This document shows, in pieces, positions 26,336-40,201 of a stretch of 64,000 nucleotides of DNA. The notes beneath the pieces were generated by a model. That model was not told the DNA's origin. It did not search any database and saw only the letters and a program-made list of their open reading frames with translations. Position numbers and translations under genes: made by a program. The stretch is from NCBI RefSeq assembly GCF_009914755.1, contig NC_060934.1; one strand, given 5' to 3'. This DNA comes from the human T2T-CHM13v2.0 reference genome, Homo sapiens. Position 1 is the first letter of the stretch, and each line of letters opens with the position of its first letter.

Positions 26336-26913
26336 AAAAAACTTGTCATCCCTACTATCTTCTGTCTAGTCATACTCCTATTCACCGTTCTCAACTACTC
26401 GTACATGCCCTGCTCTTGTTTACACTGCCGGTTTACACTGTTTTTCCAAGCCATCACAGCTGATATCTCCTGGTGCTATCCCCAAACTGCCACTCTTAAC
26501 TCTTGAAGTAAATAAATAATCTTTGCTGGCAGGACTATGCTGAATCTCCTTAGGCACTCTCTAATCAGATATCCTGAGTTGTCCCAATTCTTAGACCTTT
26601 TATACCTGTTTTTCTCCTTCTGTTATTCCATTTAGTTTCTCAATTCATCCAAAACCGTATCCAGGCCATCACCAATCATTCTATATGACAAATGTTTCTT
26701 CTAACATCCCCACAATATCACCCCTTACCACAAGGCCTCCCTTCAGCTTAATCTCTCCCACTCTAGGTTCCCACGCCGCCCCTAATCCCGCTTGAAGCAG
26801 CCCTGAGAAACATCGCCCATTCTCTCTCCATACCACCCCCCAAAAATTTTCGCTGCCCCAACACTTCAACACTATTTTGTTTTATTTTTCTTATTAATAT
26901 AAGAAGCCAGGAA

Positions 26914-27360
26914 TGTCAGGCCTCTGAGCTCAAGCCAAGCCATCGCATCCCCTGTGATTTGCACTTATACGCCCAGATGGCCTGAAGTAACTGAAGAATC
27001 ACAAAAGAAGTGAATATGCCCTGCCCCACCTTAACTGATGACATTCCACCACAAAAGAAGTGTAAATGGCCAGTCCTTGCCTTAAGTGATGACTTTACCT
27101 TGTGAAAGTCCTTTTCCTGGCTCATCCTGGCTCAGAAACACCCCCACTGAGCACCTTGCGACCCCCCACTCCTGCCCGCCAGAGAACAAACCCCCTTTGA
27201 ATGTAATTTTCCTTTACCTACCCAAATCCTATAAAACGGCCCCACCCTTATCTCCCTTAGCTGACTCTCTTTTCGGACTCAGCCCGCCTGCACCCGGGTG
27301 AAATAAACAGCCATGTTGCTCACACAAAGCCTGTTTGGTGGTCTCTTCACGCGCATGAAA
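26914..27360 (+). promoter_or_regulatory. 3' LTR7
   Basis: 447-bp copy of the 5' LTR, with two ACAAAAGA motifs (27001-27008, 27051-27058) and AATAAA at 27302-27307. Confidence 0.9.
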
Positions 27361-29102
27361 ATAACAAAATTTACTACCAGTGAAAGCTGAAAAGAAAATG
27401 AGCTCTTTTTTGGAAACAATAGGTGAATAAAAGCTAAAATTGATCAAAGAAATGTTTCATTTATTGGACATATACTAAAGAAAATAGTATAAAATATATT
27501 GTACATTTTGTTTCTTCTAGAGCAATATCATATTTCAAGTCAAATATCTAGTAAACCAGCAATATATAGAACCATAAGTATGAGCGTGAATATAGTCAAA
27601 ATTAAAAATACACAATTTACATGATTGTAAAAACAATCACATACAAATAAGCAGAAGCTTCATAAAAAATGCAAGCACCTAAGCATTAATTATTGAAACC
27701 GGACCATGAAATTGGACAACTTTCACTATGACAACCAAAAAACATGATACAGAAATATAAAAGTAAATAATTGTGTTTACAAATGAGTTTTCTTTAAAAA
27801 GCTACACTGTTAAGTATATCAAGGAAAGGGGATAACGTCTGAAAAATAATATAAAATCTAAATATTCTGTTTTCAGTTACACAAATTCAAAATGCAAGGA
27901 ATTGTGATTACTATAATGCTAGCATTAGTATTTCTTCAAATTTATCAAATGGGAAACCTCAGCCTAAACTACATAAGCCCTAAGGTTTTAAGAGATACTG
28001 AAATATGTGCTAAACACTTAATAATGTTTAATTTGATGATCTAAGTCATATTTGTCATGTATTATAAAACCAAAATATAATTTGCCTTTCTTCATTAGTA
28101 GTCTAGTAATTACTTAAGGTCATAAACTATATGTTGATAGTTTCTTTATTTCTTATGATTTGGCATCGTGCGCAATACTTTAAATGCTCTACACAATAAA
28201 TCATTTTCAAATAAATGTGTTAATTATTCAACTTTGCCTCTTTAACAGCATATATGATTGACTTATGTTTTCAGTCAGTTTAGCATCTCAAGAGTCTTTT
28301 TGAAGTGATTCTTCTGAATAATCAAGTTTGGAAGTACTACGTTATAGGGATACTAATATAACTGTAGTTTAAAATATTTTACTTTGTAAAAAATTTAAAA
28401 ATGAATTAACCTGAAATATATTTCCCATGACTCATAAATAAATTCCTAATACATATTTTACCTACATCTATTAGTTCTTTTTATCCATTTATTCATTTAA
28501 CAAATAATATTTATTAAAGGTCAATGTGCTGGGACTGTGTAAGGTGTTAGGCATACAGTAGTGATAGAAAAAGAAGAAAAGTATGCAAAAAAATTGACAA
28601 TAATTTTATTCCATTTGAGCCTATAATTAAGTGAGAGAAACAGATAGTTTAACCATATAATTATAAATTTTTAAATGTGCTGTGAAGGAGAAATCAGGAT
28701 GCTCCAAGATAATAAAGGGGTAACATTGAGAAGAGGAAATCATGGAAGTCTTCTTTGAGGAAGCGGCATTTAAATTAAGACCTAAAAGACGGAAAGCATA
28801 TGAATGAAAGTTATCTCATCACTGTGGGAGCATCATAACAAATAAGAGAAAGATAAAATGCTAAGTGAAGAAATTGAACGCTAATCCAGTAATACAGGAT
28901 ATCGATTATGGGCTTCATTTTTATAGCAGTAGAAAACCATTGAAGGGGTCAAGCATGCTAATTATTTGAGTGATTTCAAATGTAATATAGCCCACTGGCT
29001 AATGAATGAAGAAGAGGGAAAGAGGAGACATAAATAATACTCATAGAAGGACATTTCACAGGTTTAGGTGAAAGTTGATGGTGGCAGTGAAAGAAAAATT
29101 AA

Positions 29103-29407
<305 letters not shown>

Positions 29408-29523
29408 TTAAATAAGTATATGAGAAAAAATTGGTAGGAGGTGGTAATAGATTGGAGATGGGAGTAAATGAGTATGTTTCAAGAATAACTTTTTCCAATC
29501 AAATGGAAGGTGTTGCTATTTTC

Positions 29524-29673
29524 TTTTCCTTCTTTCTTTTTTCTTTTTCTTTTCTTTTTTTTTTTTTTTTTTTTTTTTGAGACAGAGTCTCGTTCCGTCA
29601 CCCAGCCGGGAGTGCAATGGCGCGATCTTGGCTCACTGCAACCTCCAAGAGATTCTCCCGCTTCAGCCTCCTG
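29524..29673 (-). mobile_element. 5'-truncated Alu right arm with long T-rich tail and a small internal deletion
   Basis: TSD AGGTGTTGCTA(T/G)TTTC at 29508-29523 and 29674-29689. Confidence 0.88.
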
Positions 29674-30086
29674 AGGTGTTGCTAGTTTCTTAGATTGGGG
29701 AATATCATCCATTTGAAAAAATGCTGATAGTGTAATCAAACTTGGAATTCAATTAAAGTCCTAAGCATGAGTGAATAACCTGTATAAGTTCAGAATTACA
29801 TGTTGGTGTATATATTTCAATTCTAATACAAATAGGTTTAGCCAAGAAATGGAGTGGTCTTTAGAAAAAAATAAAATGCTTCAAATATCAAAAATAAATT
29901 AAAATTGTGTACTAATGTAAAAATAGGTCCACATTTTTGTAAGCTTTGCTCATGAAGACTTTATCCGGTATTTGCTGAAATACTGAACCCCCTCAAGACC
30001 TTAAGTAAATATAACCCTCAAACTTTAATCATGACATTATACACACAAACCAAAGAAAACAAAATCATTATTTGAAAGAAATTGTC

Positions 30087-30128
30087 GTCTATGGCCATAC
30101 CACTCTGAACCCTCCCAATCTTGTGTGA
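30087..30128 (+). pseudogene. Tailless 5S rRNA retropseudogene (5S nt 1-42)
   Basis: gtctatggccataccactctgaaccctcccaatcttgtgtga versus 5S GTCTACGGCCATACCACCCTGAACGCGCCCGATCTCGTCTGA (35/42 by hand). 14-bp TSD TGAAA(G/T)AAATTGTC at 30073-30086 and 30126-30139. Confidence 0.85.
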
Positions 30129-30344
30129 AATAAATTGTCAAGAGACATTAAAATACGATGTAGTTTTATCTTAAACTTGAATATTTGAAATTACAAAAAC
30201 AGAATTTAATATGTAATTTTATATGTTATGTACGTGTCCTCCACAGAGCACTAAATAACACAGGACACTCAGAAGTATATACAGATAAGGTAGCAACAAA
30301 TATTAATAATCATAAGTGCTTTACATAATTTATGAGAATGGTAC

Positions 30345-30560
30345 AGTAATAATAGCAAGTTACCACATGCAGCATTTGCTAAGCATGCATGTGATAGTAG
30401 TTTATATAGTTAGTTTAATAATCACAACACTCTTTTGAGGTTGGTACTATTATTATCACCATTTTAAAGATTGGAAAACTGAGGTACAGAAGGTTATGTC
30501 ATGTAATGGTACAAAGTGGCAGAAAGAAATGCAACTAGCTAGCCTGCCTCCCAATTCTAT
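30345..30560 (-). mobile_element. MIR relic
   Basis: ggtactattattatcaccattttaaagattggaaaactgaggtacaga core; approximate. Confidence 0.65.
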
Positions 30561-30694
30561 TGTCTTTAAATTGGATTCTACTTCATCTCTGTCACTTAAA
30601 ACCCTCGTTAATTTGGAACAATCATCTGTCATTATATTAACTCACATTTTTCTATAAAATTAGGCTATAAAAATAATTATGTTCAAAGTTTTTT

Positions 30695-30822
30695 CCTATG
30701 ATATATTACCTATGATATAGAATAACTACCTATGATATAGGTATGATAATTACCTATGATATAGGTATACCTATGATATAGAATAACTACCTATGAATAA
30801 TTACCTATGATATAGAATAACT
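30695..30822. repeat. Irregular minisatellite built on TACCTATGATATAG (7 CCTATGA cores)
   Basis: CCTATGA at 30695, 30709, 30729, 30753, 30770, 30790 and 30804. Confidence 0.85.
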
Positions 30823-31664
30823 AAGAAATTAAAATATTTCCAATTTAAGAGCAGGAAGGGGTAGCTTGGCTAAAGCTGTGAAGTTAGAGATCATCTCGGG
30901 AAAGGACTATGTGAGGTGATACTTAGTGTGTGATAGAATTCTTACGCCAAATAGAACATATATCTAAAATTAGGTGTTTTCTAAACTCATTGAGGGTACA
31001 TTAGTCGAGGGAATTAAATTCTATGGATATTAACTGAATTCCTACTGTGTGTAAGTCATTATACTGACCACTCGTGGTTAGATCATTAAAAGTTTTTGTC
31101 TTAAAGGAACTTACAGATCAGTAGGGGAGACAGACACGTAAAAGTTAGCCTTAACGCAAGCCACAATAAAACATGTGGGAGATACAGTTGATAGCTGGTA
31201 CGTGGAAGCAATTAATTTTGACTTGCTAGGAAAATATAGCCTTTATTAAAGAGGTAACAATTGTACTGTGTGTTAAAGATTTTCTTTTTTAAAGATACAA
31301 CTTGGATCAAACCTTCAACCTGAGAGAGCTCTCAATAGTTACAGAATAAGAAGAATATTCCATGCTAAAAACAAGTAAAACAAAACCCTATATATTATTC
31401 TCAGATTCATAACATGAAGGGATGTAGCAGGAGATGAAACAAATATATTTAAGAGTATTGCATAGATGTCCTTGACTGTATGTGTGGAGCTTTCTTCCTT
31501 CCATTGGTAGGTTTTCCAGGAGGGTGAGGATCTGTTCTGACTCAGTTTCAGAATAATCATCTGAAACAGTGTGGTAGGAAATCCATTGAAATAGCCAGAT
31601 TGCCCAACATAGTTTACTGTAGTAGCCTAAATTATGGCAGCACATAGGCATGGAAAAGGAATTG

Positions 31665-32455
31665 GTGGTGGAAATGGGAATGCAAATTGGTACAGTCACC
31701 TTAGAAGACAGCTTCTCAGTTTCTAACAAAGATATCCATATTCATTCTATATGATCCAGCAATCCCACTCCTTGGTATTTACCAAAAGGATTTGAAAATT
31801 TATGTCCATGTAAAAAAAAAAAACTTAGCATGGATGATTATAGCAGCTTTATTAATAATGGCCAAAACTTGAAAGCAACCAAAATATTATTTCATGGAAG
31901 AATGAATAAATAAACTGTGTTACATCTAGATAATGGAATATTATACAGCCCTGAAAAGATATGGGCTATTATGTCATGAAAAGACATGGAGGAATTTTAA
32001 ATACGTATTACTAAGTGAAATAAGCCAGTCTGACAAGGCTACATACTATATGATTCTAAACACATGCTATTCTGGAAAAGGCAAAATCATGGAGACTGTA
32101 GAAAGATCAATGATTGTCAGGGGAAGGAAGGAAGCAAGGGGGAGGGAAGCATAGGCAGAGCACAGGATTTTTAGAGCAGTGAAACTCTTCTGTGTGGTTC
32201 TATAATGGTGGATATATGTCATTAGTACAAAACCATAAAATGAAGCACCGAGAGTGAATCCTAATGCAAACTACAGACTTTGGATGATAACAATGTGCGA
32301 ATGTAAGTTCATTAATTGTGGCAAATGTATCACTTTGGTATGGGGTGTTAATATTGGGGCAGGTATGCATCTGTGGGGACAGTGAGTATATGGGAAATCA
32401 CTGTATCTTCCTCTCAATTTTGGTGTGTACCTAAAACTGCTCAAAAAAAAATCTT
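31665..32455 (+). mobile_element. Old L1 (L1MA/L1MB) 3' end
   Basis: atgatccagcaatcccactccttggtattt, atggaatattatacagc and a 3' A-rich end; boundaries approximate. Confidence 0.75.
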
Positions 32456-33548
32456 TAACAAAAAAGATGAAATGATGATCTACAAATACATTCTAAAATA
32501 GAAATTGCCTAAACTGAACAATAATTTGGATGTATGCAGGTAAAGCAGAGGGAAAACAAACAAGACTGCAAGGTGCCTACCCTGCTGCCTGTGGAACCTA
32601 AAGATTAATGGTGTGCATCATGATATAGCTGCCTCCAACACGACTAGATGCATGTTTTTGAGTGTCTGTGTTTGTTTATTAAAATAAAGATAATTGATTA
32701 GTTAACGTATTTTTGGATATGTGCAATTTGAAGTGCTTGTAAAAGATCTACTTTGTCATGTCCAGCTGATATCTGGAATGTCAGCTTGCTGCTTGGGAAA
32801 GAGGTCATTACAGGGCATTTAACTTTGGGAGACAAGTATATATAGAGGTGATGATTGAAAACTTGAGAACAGATGAAAAAGAGAAGAAGTATATATACGT
32901 ATTTGAAGAACGTTAATTTTTAAAGGGTGATAATTGAACAAGGGGCCAGTAACATCTCTCAGCCAACAGAGAAGTAGGATGGGAACCAGGGAAGTTTTTC
33001 ATAAAAGGGTATAGTTGAGAGTTTCAAAAAGATTAAGGACTTTTGACTTTGACATGTAGAAATAGACTGATGGGATATCTAATTTTATATGATTTTAGTG
33101 GTGTGATGTGAGTGAAACCCAGAGTATATTCTATACAAGATAGATAAATACAGATATAAATATAGAGATAGATATAGATCAATATATGTATGCAGGCACT
33201 TAGATTGATACATTTTTGTCGATAAGGAAGATAATCAGAGTGGGATAGAAGCATGAAGAATTATATCTGGGAGTAGGGATTAGACCAGAACCTGGGGATG
33301 TTAATAATGTTAATTGGGCAAAGGGAAGGGATTAGTCACTGGAGAGAGATTATTGCATCAAAAAAATAGAATAATTGGTGGAGCACAGAAATTGGAAGGA
33401 GTGCAGTCTAAGACAGGAAAGAAGAGTAAGAAGCATCACAGAAGAAGGGAAGGAGAACTAAAAAACAAAAGAACAATGAAAAGAAGTGGGGTGAGGATCA
33501 GAGGACTCAACTTTATGTGGGATTCCATCTTAATGACTTAAGAAGTAC

Positions 33549-34456
33549 CAGAATCTACAATGAACTCAAACAAATTTACAAGAAAAAAACAAACAACCCC
33601 ATCAAAAAGTGGGCAAAGAACATGAACAGACACTTCTCAAAAGAAGACATTTATGCAGCCAAAAAACATGTGAAAAAATGCTCATCATCACTGGCCATCA
33701 GAGAAATGCAAATCAAAACCACAATGAGATACCATCTCACACCAGTTAGAATGGCAATCATTAAAAAGTCAGGACACAACAGGTGCTGGAGAGGATGTGG
33801 AGAAATAGGAACACTTTTACACTGTTGGTGGGATTGTAAACTAGTTCAACCATTGTGGAAGTCAGTGTGGTGATTCCTCAGGGATCTAGAACTAGAAATA
33901 CCATTTGACCCAGCCATCCCATTACTGGATATATACCCAAAGGACTATAAATCAGGCTGCTATAAAGACACATACACATGTATGTTTATTGCGGCACTAT
34001 TCACCATAGCAAAGACTTGGAACCAACCCAAATGTCCAACAACGATAGACTGGATTAAGAAAATGTGGCACATATACACCATGGAATACTATGCAGCCAT
34101 AAAAAAGGATAAGTTCATGTCCTTTGTAGGCACATAGATGAAATTGGGAATCATCATTCTCAGTAAACTATCACAAGGACAAAAAACCAAACACTGCATG
34201 TTCTCACTCATAGGTGGGAATTGAACAATGAGAACACATGGACACAGGAAGGGGAACATCACACTCTGGGGACTGTTGTGGGGTGGGGGGAGGGGGCAGG
34301 GATAGCATTAGGAGATATACCTAATGCTAAATGACGAGTTATTGGGTGCAGCACACCAGCATGGCACATGTATACATATGTAACTAACCTGCACATTGTG
34401 CACATGTACCCTAAAACTTAAAGTATAATAATAATAAAATAAAATTTAAAAAAAAA
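33549..34456 (+). mobile_element. 5'-truncated L1PA (L1PA3-like): ORF2 C-terminus and 3' UTR
   Basis: ORF 33517..33873 is L1 ORF2 ([31 protein letters not shown]). G-rich 3' UTR, A-tail, TSD AAGAAGTAC at 33540-33548 and 34455-34463. Confidence 0.93.
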
Positions 34457-36234
34457 GAAGTACAATTATTCAGTGGTACTTTTAAAATATTGTTGTTTAA
34501 AACTGTAACTCTCAAAATTGGCTGCATATTAGAACTGTTTCAATTTCTTAAATAAAATCTGTCTAAGTGAGTCCGTTATGGGTGGCCAAATCATTTAAAT
34601 ACAAACATCTTAGAATGAAGTGCTGGCATCAATACTTTAAAAGTTCCTCAGGCAGAATGCTAATAGTCAATTATCATTGAGAATCACAGTTTAAGAGAAT
34701 TGCAGATGTTTGCGAATAGTGTTTATGGAGCATTAATTGGATAGCTAGCTACTAGTATTTAAATTGACATCTTCAAAATATTAAAATCTGTATCCTGTAT
34801 AGGGAGTAATTGTCTTTTCAAGAAAACTAGCAATGTGTGGATTGGTATTAGTGGAGCATAGTATTTATTAGTTTCAACCTATACGATTGCATTGACATCT
34901 GATAAAACGGTCTGCATGGAATGAAAAATGAAATTATCTCATGCAGTAATTTTCCCTTAAACAAAATATGTGCTAATAATGTGATTATACTTCAGCTCCG
35001 GTTACGGAAGATGATGTTGGTGCTTTAAGGCATCACTCCTCTAAGTGTTGTTCATGACCCATGTGCATGAGAATCACTCCAGGCTTTTTGAAAAAATCAA
35101 GTGTAAGAGACATATATAAAGTCAGAAGCTCAATTTATAACTGAGAACTTATAACAAGGATCTGGTTAAAACTTTATAACCAACTCATTTGCTCCTTGCA
35201 GACAGGGTAGATACTTAATAAGAAAAATATACTGTACTTAAAAAATTGAGTATGCACTCACATCAGGCTAAAAGAGTCTCATGGCTACATTGAAAATGAC
35301 AATAATTAAAACCTGTTGCCCAAGTGTCTCTTTCCTTTAAAGTGCTCATTGTCACTTTTGTTTCTGACACTTTCAGTCTTTGACATCAGTTTACTAACCA
35401 CAAAGTAAACTGATGTATCCTGTGTCAGGTCAATGGGGAAAGGCAGGGTTGTGATGAGGTGTAGCATAGGGACCTATGTCATGACTCTTAAAGGGTATAT
35501 GTAGATCAGAGTTCTGTATCAAGTTTCTTTGTTTTAAAAATATTCTCTCAATGAGAACTAGTTTATGTCTAGGTTCTTGGAGGATGTTTTATAGCGAGAC
35601 CATTCTTCTACCACATACCAGAAATAACATTAAAATACTAATTATAAAGCTTAATTTGTTGACTTAAATAATTTTTAAAATTGTGGGCATGCTGACACAA
35701 ACAACAGTCTATCTTCATAATCTGCATAGTTCAGGAAAATATATAAAAGTCTTGAAAGGCAAGGAAATATCTGTTTTACAAAGAGATACATAAGGGAAAT
35801 TAACTTTTGTAGACTTCAAATGAGGAAATAAGCCTTTGATCCCCTAAGGCAAACATTTTTGAGATACAGTTTCTCCATATAATTGCTATGATTTTCTTAC
35901 TTACACTTTGTAGTTCCCTGCTGGCTGTTTTTCTGTGTAAACTTACTTTCATTTCCAATTATGTCATTATAGAGATGAAAATCAGCTCTAATTAAATAAG
36001 AACATGACAATAATTGTCATTCATTTATTTATGTAAACTATGATTTTTCTACCTGTGAAAAGGTGATTTAGCAAAGAAAAATGTAGCTCTCATGGTCCAT
36101 CAATTGACTGGAACTAATAGTCATGTATCTACAGCTTCCCATTCTCTCATATCTTTATTCATTCAATATTACTTGTCTAAGGGTCTTCCTTTCTTTCATC
36201 TTCAAATAAGCATTTATTAAGTAGCTACACTATA

Positions 36235-36445
36235 TTTATTTTATTTTATAATTTTAACTTTTATTTCAGATTCAGGGGGTACATACGCAAGTTTATTACC
36301 TGGGTATATTGCATGATGTTGAGGTTTGGGGTATGATTGATTCTGTCACCCAGATACTGAGTATAGTACACAATAGTTAATTTTTCAATTGTCTCTTCTC
36401 CCTCTCTCCCTCCATAGTAGTCCCCAGTGTCTTTTGTTGCCATCA
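36235..36445 (-). mobile_element. L1 3' UTR fragment (L1PA13-16/L1PB-like)
   Basis: ttttaacttttatttcagattcagggggtacat...gtagtccccagtgtc. Confidence 0.7.
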
Positions 36446-36761
36446 GCAGCTACCGTATTAAACATCTACTATATGCCATGAACTATAGATACAGATGCCA
36501 CAGATACAGAAATAAACTAGTTACAGTTTTGCCCTGAAATCAAATGCTTTAAAACACATTCATTTTATTAATGTGACAAGTACCATACCAATATATTAAA
36601 AAATTTACCATAGCAGTTTGAAACGTTTTTTCTCTCTTTACCAAATACACAGCAGAAGCTATTTACACATAGAATAAACATTCCGGTGAATTCCCAGTCC
36701 CCAGGCTATCATGTCACCCCTTCTATAGAACTCAAGAAAGCATATCTTAATTCATAAATAA

Positions 36762-37130
<369 letters not shown>

Positions 37131-37368
37131 TGAATGATTTCTAATTTTAATTAACAATTAATGCAAAGTTGGTGATGATTTATCCTTGGAATAAATATTT
37201 ACTGCATGGCTAATATGTCTGCCATGTGCTGGCATTACAGTGGCAAACAAGACAGCCAAAGTTGCTAACCTCCTGAGTTTTCCATTTGGAGTAAGGGAAA
37301 GAAGAAAATAGGTTAATTTCAGATATGGGCTATGACCTTGATGAGAGAGGAAAAGAGATAGAGAAAAA

Positions 37369-37370
<2 letters not shown>

Positions 37371-37400
<30 letters not shown>
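37371..37400. repeat. (GT)15 microsatellite
   Basis: Direct read. Confidence 0.95.
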
Positions 37401-37403
<3 letters not shown>

Positions 37404-37825
37404 AAATAACTTATTTAAGTGTAATAAGCACAGATAATGGTAAAAATAAGATAAATCAGGAATAAAGATGTTGCCTGACTTACATGTTTTCAAAGGTACC
37501 ATTTACTATCTAACTTAAATTTTCTCTGCTGTAATGATTATATTTTATCTAGGTAACCAATATCTAGTGGGATTATGCATCAATTTACTAAGGCAGTTTT
37601 TTGTATTTATCTCCAAGTGAAATTTAATCAATTTCTACAGTAGTGAAAAGTAATTTGAAGATTTAATATATTCAGTATTTTAATAAAATATAAACTGGTC
37701 AAATAGCTATGCTTTTTTTTTTAAAGTAACAACCAAGCATTTATTCACTTACTACAAATAGCTATGTTTACCTCTAATAACCAGTTAAGTCTCCTTTAGA
37801 GTCCATATAGATATGCTTTTATTTG

Positions 37826-38133
<308 letters not shown>

Positions 38134-38288
38134 GATATGCTTTTATTTGAAAAGTAACAGAAATTTAAAGCTATTTAAACTAATTATGCTATACAATAAG
38201 TGTGAAATCAATTTCTGTTTCTTAAGTAATTTCTTCATGAGCATATCGTATAATGCACATGTAAATAACAGCTTTGAGTGTACACTCA

Positions 38289-38522
<234 letters not shown>

Positions 38523-39417
38523 TTACAGTTTAACAAGTTTCTTACAGGTAATCTTACAATTTGAAAGGGTGCAAAAATATTTTGTTGATAAAAGGACGTA
38601 ATAGAGACGTAATATTACATATATTAAAAGTGTTCTAATATGGTAAGAAGCAAGTATTGAAGATTTTGTTTTAAGGTATTCAACTCCAGGCATATTTTAA
38701 ATAATCAGATATGCAAAATATCATTTAAAGTGGGCCAATAACATTGCTGACTCTTAGGGTTAACTACAATTTAATCCTTAAAAACTTAATTGGAAAATAT
38801 TATTTGCATTTACATATTTTGTATACAATAGTTCCTTGTACAGTCAATGTGTTTATACCATCAGGAAGGTAGACTTCCTAGATGTACTTTGTATCACAGT
38901 AATTCACCCAATGGCAATTTTCAAAGGACTAAGTGGTATCATTTAATTGTGATATTTTATACTTTATCAATGTTGATAATGTATGTTATACTTTATCAAT
39001 GTTGATAATGTACATTATCAAGATTTTAACAATTCCTGCCAAATCAGTGCTACAGCACCACCATCTTTGTCTAAATCCACTTTGTATCTAACTTTTAACA
39101 ATCACATAAACTTTCCTGGAAGTTCTGATCTTTTTCTATGTAGGCTTCTCCAGAAATAATTTCTACATATCTTGTTTAACTTGTGCTTTCTCTTAGCTCA
39201 TCTTTCTCCTGTGACTGATTCAAAAATTGGGATATAATTAGAAGTTACATTTTTTTCTTTATCCAACTGTCAACCCTATTATACTTGTTATTTACGTGTT
39301 TGTGTGCATGTGTGTGTATGTTTATGTGTGTGTGTGTATTTCCCTATCTCATGATAAATATTTACAATCACAACTTTAATAACCTTTACTTTTTTTCCCC
39401 CTTGATTAGCCTAACCC

Positions 39418-39631
39418 ATGATTTATCTACCTCAGTGCTATTGACACCTTGGGACAGATAACTCTTTATTGTGAGGGGCTGTTCTCTGTATTACAATTAG
39501 CAGCATCCTTTATGTCTACCTACTAGATGCCTATAGTAACTACCCCTTCACAATTGTGACAAACAAAAATGCCTCCAGATGTTGCTAAATGTTCACTGGA
39601 GGGAAAATTTATTCCCTCTTGAGAATCACTG
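39418..39631 (+). mobile_element. MER20 (hAT-Charlie MITE)
   Basis: tattgaca...gacagataactctttattgtgaggggctg...ctagatgcc...tgtgacaaacaaaaatgcctccaga...ttgagaatcactg. Confidence 0.8.
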
Positions 39632-39961
39632 GCTCAACCTTATGACTAAATAAAAAATGCAAGAACAACAACAAAAAAGGTTAGGAAATAATTCTTTATA
39701 CCTCAATTTAAGACAATTATGACTGTTTAGTAAAGACTGAAATTCTCACTTTCTTTTTTTTTTGAAAAGTTTTTTCTTCTGTGAGGAAGAATGTTAATAT
39801 AGCTACACAAATTACAAAAAAAGAGCAATACATGTAAATAATTTTTCATTGATCTTCTCTCTGGTATTGAAAATAATGTATTTTTCCCCCAAGTCATTGA
39901 TTTTTTCAGTTTTAACCAGACATCTCTTTCAGTTCCATACAAACATACATACATACATTCA

Positions 39962-40201
<240 letters not shown>

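Larger units (their letters stand above)
21453..27360 (+). mobile_element. HERV-H provirus, two LTR7 LTRs, internally deleted, 5908 bp, antisense to PCDH15 in intron 13
   Basis: Near-identical LTRs at 21453-21904 and 26914-27360. 5-bp TSD ATAAC at 21448-21452 and 27361-27365. tRNA-His PBS, PPT-like aagaagccaggaa at 26901-26913, and gag/pro/pol relics. Confidence 0.97.

Noticed and set aside
21453-27360. Replication-competent or protein-coding provirus
   Set aside because: Protease active site is NTE, RT has a stop and no YxDD found, gag and integrase are interrupted, and env is largely deleted.
30087-30128. Functional 5S rRNA gene
   Set aside because: Only the first 42 of about 120 nt, no internal promoter boxes and 7 mismatches.
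33517-33873. 118-aa ORF as a gene
   Set aside because: C-terminal fragment of L1 ORF2 in a 5'-truncated copy with a premature stop and no promoter.
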